DNA from: Candidatus Omnitrophota bacterium
GTDB lineage: Bacteria > Omnitrophota > Gorgyraeia > Zapsychrales > Zapsychraceae
Reading direction: 5' to 3'
NCBI GenBank assembly: GCA_029261055.1
Contig: JAJDCA010000075.1
Coordinates: 77,573 to 141,572 of the forward strand
Length of the DNA: 64,000 nt
Of the stretch, positions 57,001-60,000 are shown piece after piece (position 1 is the stretch's first letter; every line of letters begins with the position of its first letter). Made by a program: the position numbers and the translations under genes. A model generated the notes under the pieces. That model did not search any database. It had not been told where the DNA came from and saw only the letters and a list, made by a program, of their open reading frames with translations.

Positions 57001-60000
57001 AGCATTTTGCAGCAGGTTATGTGCTTCATCCCAAGATAGCAGTTCTCTATGCCTGGCGTGAACAGCCCGATGGGTCAAAAGGTGAACGGTTGGCCCGTGT
57101 GGTTGTCATGCAGACACCCCAAGGATTGATTCTTTTAAGTAATCTCAAGACGAGCACGGATTTGGAGTTGGGCAAGGCCTTCTCTGAATTCCTCTGGCGG
57201 TGGTCGCGGAAGGCAAATATTCCTTTGATGAGATTGGAAGGTGAATCTTTTCCATGGTTGACACTCCCGGCGGATACAGCTTCAGAAAAGATGGTCGTAG
57301 AGTTTCCTGCGGGAGGCCTTAGAGGAGAGTTTTATTCCGATGTCCTATTATGGGTAACCACATTTCCAATGGAAAGGATCTTAAACGTTCAACGTTATGT
57401 TCCTGAAACAATCGAGACGCATATGTTTTGGGCGGGGCATATTCAACCGGCCAATGGAAGTGAAGTGATCGTCACAGATGATAAGTCCATAGCTCTCACG
57501 TTTGCTTTGGCGCTGGACAAAAAAGAATTAGATGAATCCAAGTTGATTGATCAAATAGGGCTTAAAGGATTTGTGCATTTTAGGTATTCCGCAATTGTTG
57601 ACGGACATCCGCATGAGTATGACTGGTCAACGCCGGAACAGGATCTACCTTTGAATTGGGCGTCATTAAAAGTCATTGGACGTGATAAAGATAATAATTA
57701 TCTGATATCGGCAAAGTTTCATCCACCGAAGGAAATGATTTCTATCCGGTTCATCATCAGACTGCATACGAGGACGGGGCAAGAAATTTGGTTGAGCAAT
57801 TATACCGAAGACAACAATTGGGTGTGGACGGTAAATCGGGGAACGGTGATGAATGTAATAGTTCCTTTCCTTCTTTTTGCGTTCATCTATATGATCACCG
57901 GGGTAGCGTCTGTTTGGGCGGAAGGGGTGGTTGATAGGATGGAGCTTGGGATAAATGATGGAAAATGGGAATGGTTGGTGCGTATGGTTGCCGGCGTAGG
58001 AATTGTGGGAGGGCTAATAAGTCCGTTAGCTAAGAGAGATGCTGGGGTAAATCCATTTAAGAAAAGGCATGAAGAAATAAAACGAGAAAGAAAAGAGAAA
58101 GAAGCTATTCAAAATAAGGACACTCGTCCTGTTGACCAAGTAAAGGTTGTTGTGCCGCTCGTCGAACAGAATAATAATTTTATAAAAATTAAATCGGAAA
58201 AAAGTGCGCAGGCAGCTAAGTTAACATGGAATGGCCTCGAGAAAATTAGTGCCTTTTTTCAGATTATATTGCAACTAAAAAGGTTAATAATTAATTTTAC
58301 TTCTTTTGACATCAACAAGATACGCGAAATGGTATTTGGACCTTTTATTCTCATTGTTTTTATCATTGGTTTGATAGACCTGTTTACGCATGTTGAAACT
58401 GGCGTGGTGAATCATTGGCCAGTGGATTTGATGATTCCCTTGATGATGTTTAATAAAGTTCGTTTAGGGGATTTGGATAGGTTATTAAAGCGATTTAAAT
58501 GGAATGGTGTTTTCATAAAGGATCTTCCAATACACACAATTAGTCCAAGTTTTTATGAACATCAAATCGATAAGGACACTAAGATTACTTTGATAGAATT
58601 TATTCTGGAGGAAGGTAAGCAGAATAGAAAAAAATGGTATGTAAATAATCATCTGATTGGAGCCGCAAAGCTGACTGAAATAGAATTGAAAAAATATCTT
58701 CTGGATGACATATTCGATGTGTATTCGATTTTACTGCAAAAGAATGAGATTATTTCGAGCAAACAAATTTTAAAATTGTTAAGAAATAAATTAAAAGTGA
58801 TTAGTACTATTCGACAACTTGAACGATCGCTCCAGTGGCTAGAATTAAAATGGTTTCCGGTTCGACGCATGCCGATAAGGAAAAGGTATGAGGTAGGGCG
58901 TATTATTGATTTGGGCTGGGAGGTAAGCGGGGTTGTGAGTACAATGCCTAATATCATCAGTTCACATAATTGGGGTAAAAAATTACATAAACAATGGAAT
59001 GTCGATGGGAAAATTAACGGGATATTAATTTCTAAGCGAATTAATGTAATTAAAGAAATATATAAATTACAAAAAACTAGGGATATCATTGACGGAAATA
59101 AACGTAAAACAGTTGATGCCTTAAATAAAATTTTAAATAATTGGGAAAAATTAGATGAAGGGTCTCCACGCATTTCAAGATTAGATCTATTTGGGTATGA
59201 ACCAATATTACTCTATTTGGGTAAGAGTCGTACTGAATCTGAATTGAGGGTTTTTCCTGATTTAATGCAATTGCAACCAAAAGAACGTGAAAAGAAATTG
59301 CAGTTTGTATCAGGAGTAACAGATGATGAAATTGAAAGGTTGATTGGAGGTAAGAAAAAAAGAATTCTGTTTGCTCAAACAAGGAATAATAATTTTCAGA
59401 AGTTATCTCCAGAATATTGGATAAGATTAGCCTATAGTTTAGGATTTCGGGATTCTTTTATCCTTCTTGCAGGAGATGAACAAGATAATATTTTGCCTAT
59501 TATTGATATTCCTTACCGCATTAGGTTGTTACGATTATCGAAGGGGTTGAAGCGGGAGGATCTTGCAAAGAAATTAGGTGTGTCGAGAGAAATGATATCT
59601 AAATGGGAAAATGTAAATAAACCTTTGAAAATTTTACAAAAGTATCGTGCAGATCTTGCTGCTATTTTGGGAGTTAAGGAAGAAGATTTATTTGCTCAAA
59701 AGAAAAAGTCAGAAATGGAAGTTCATGGGGAAAGGGGGCCTGTTTGGTTTACAAAGAAAATCCCTGTAGCTCTCCAAGGAGCGCTGGCTGAATATGTTAA
59801 AGATATCCCTATCGGAGAGGCTCATGAGGTGAAGGTTAATACTGTGGGAAGCACCTTGGGGGACGTGATCCATAATTTACGTGAAGCATATCCAAAACTG
59901 GGGCGGAATCTTTTAAGCGAAAGGGGACAGTTGGATGTGCGGATCCATATCGAGGTTGATGGAAAAAGAGTGGACGGTCATTCTGACTGGGCGGCCATCC

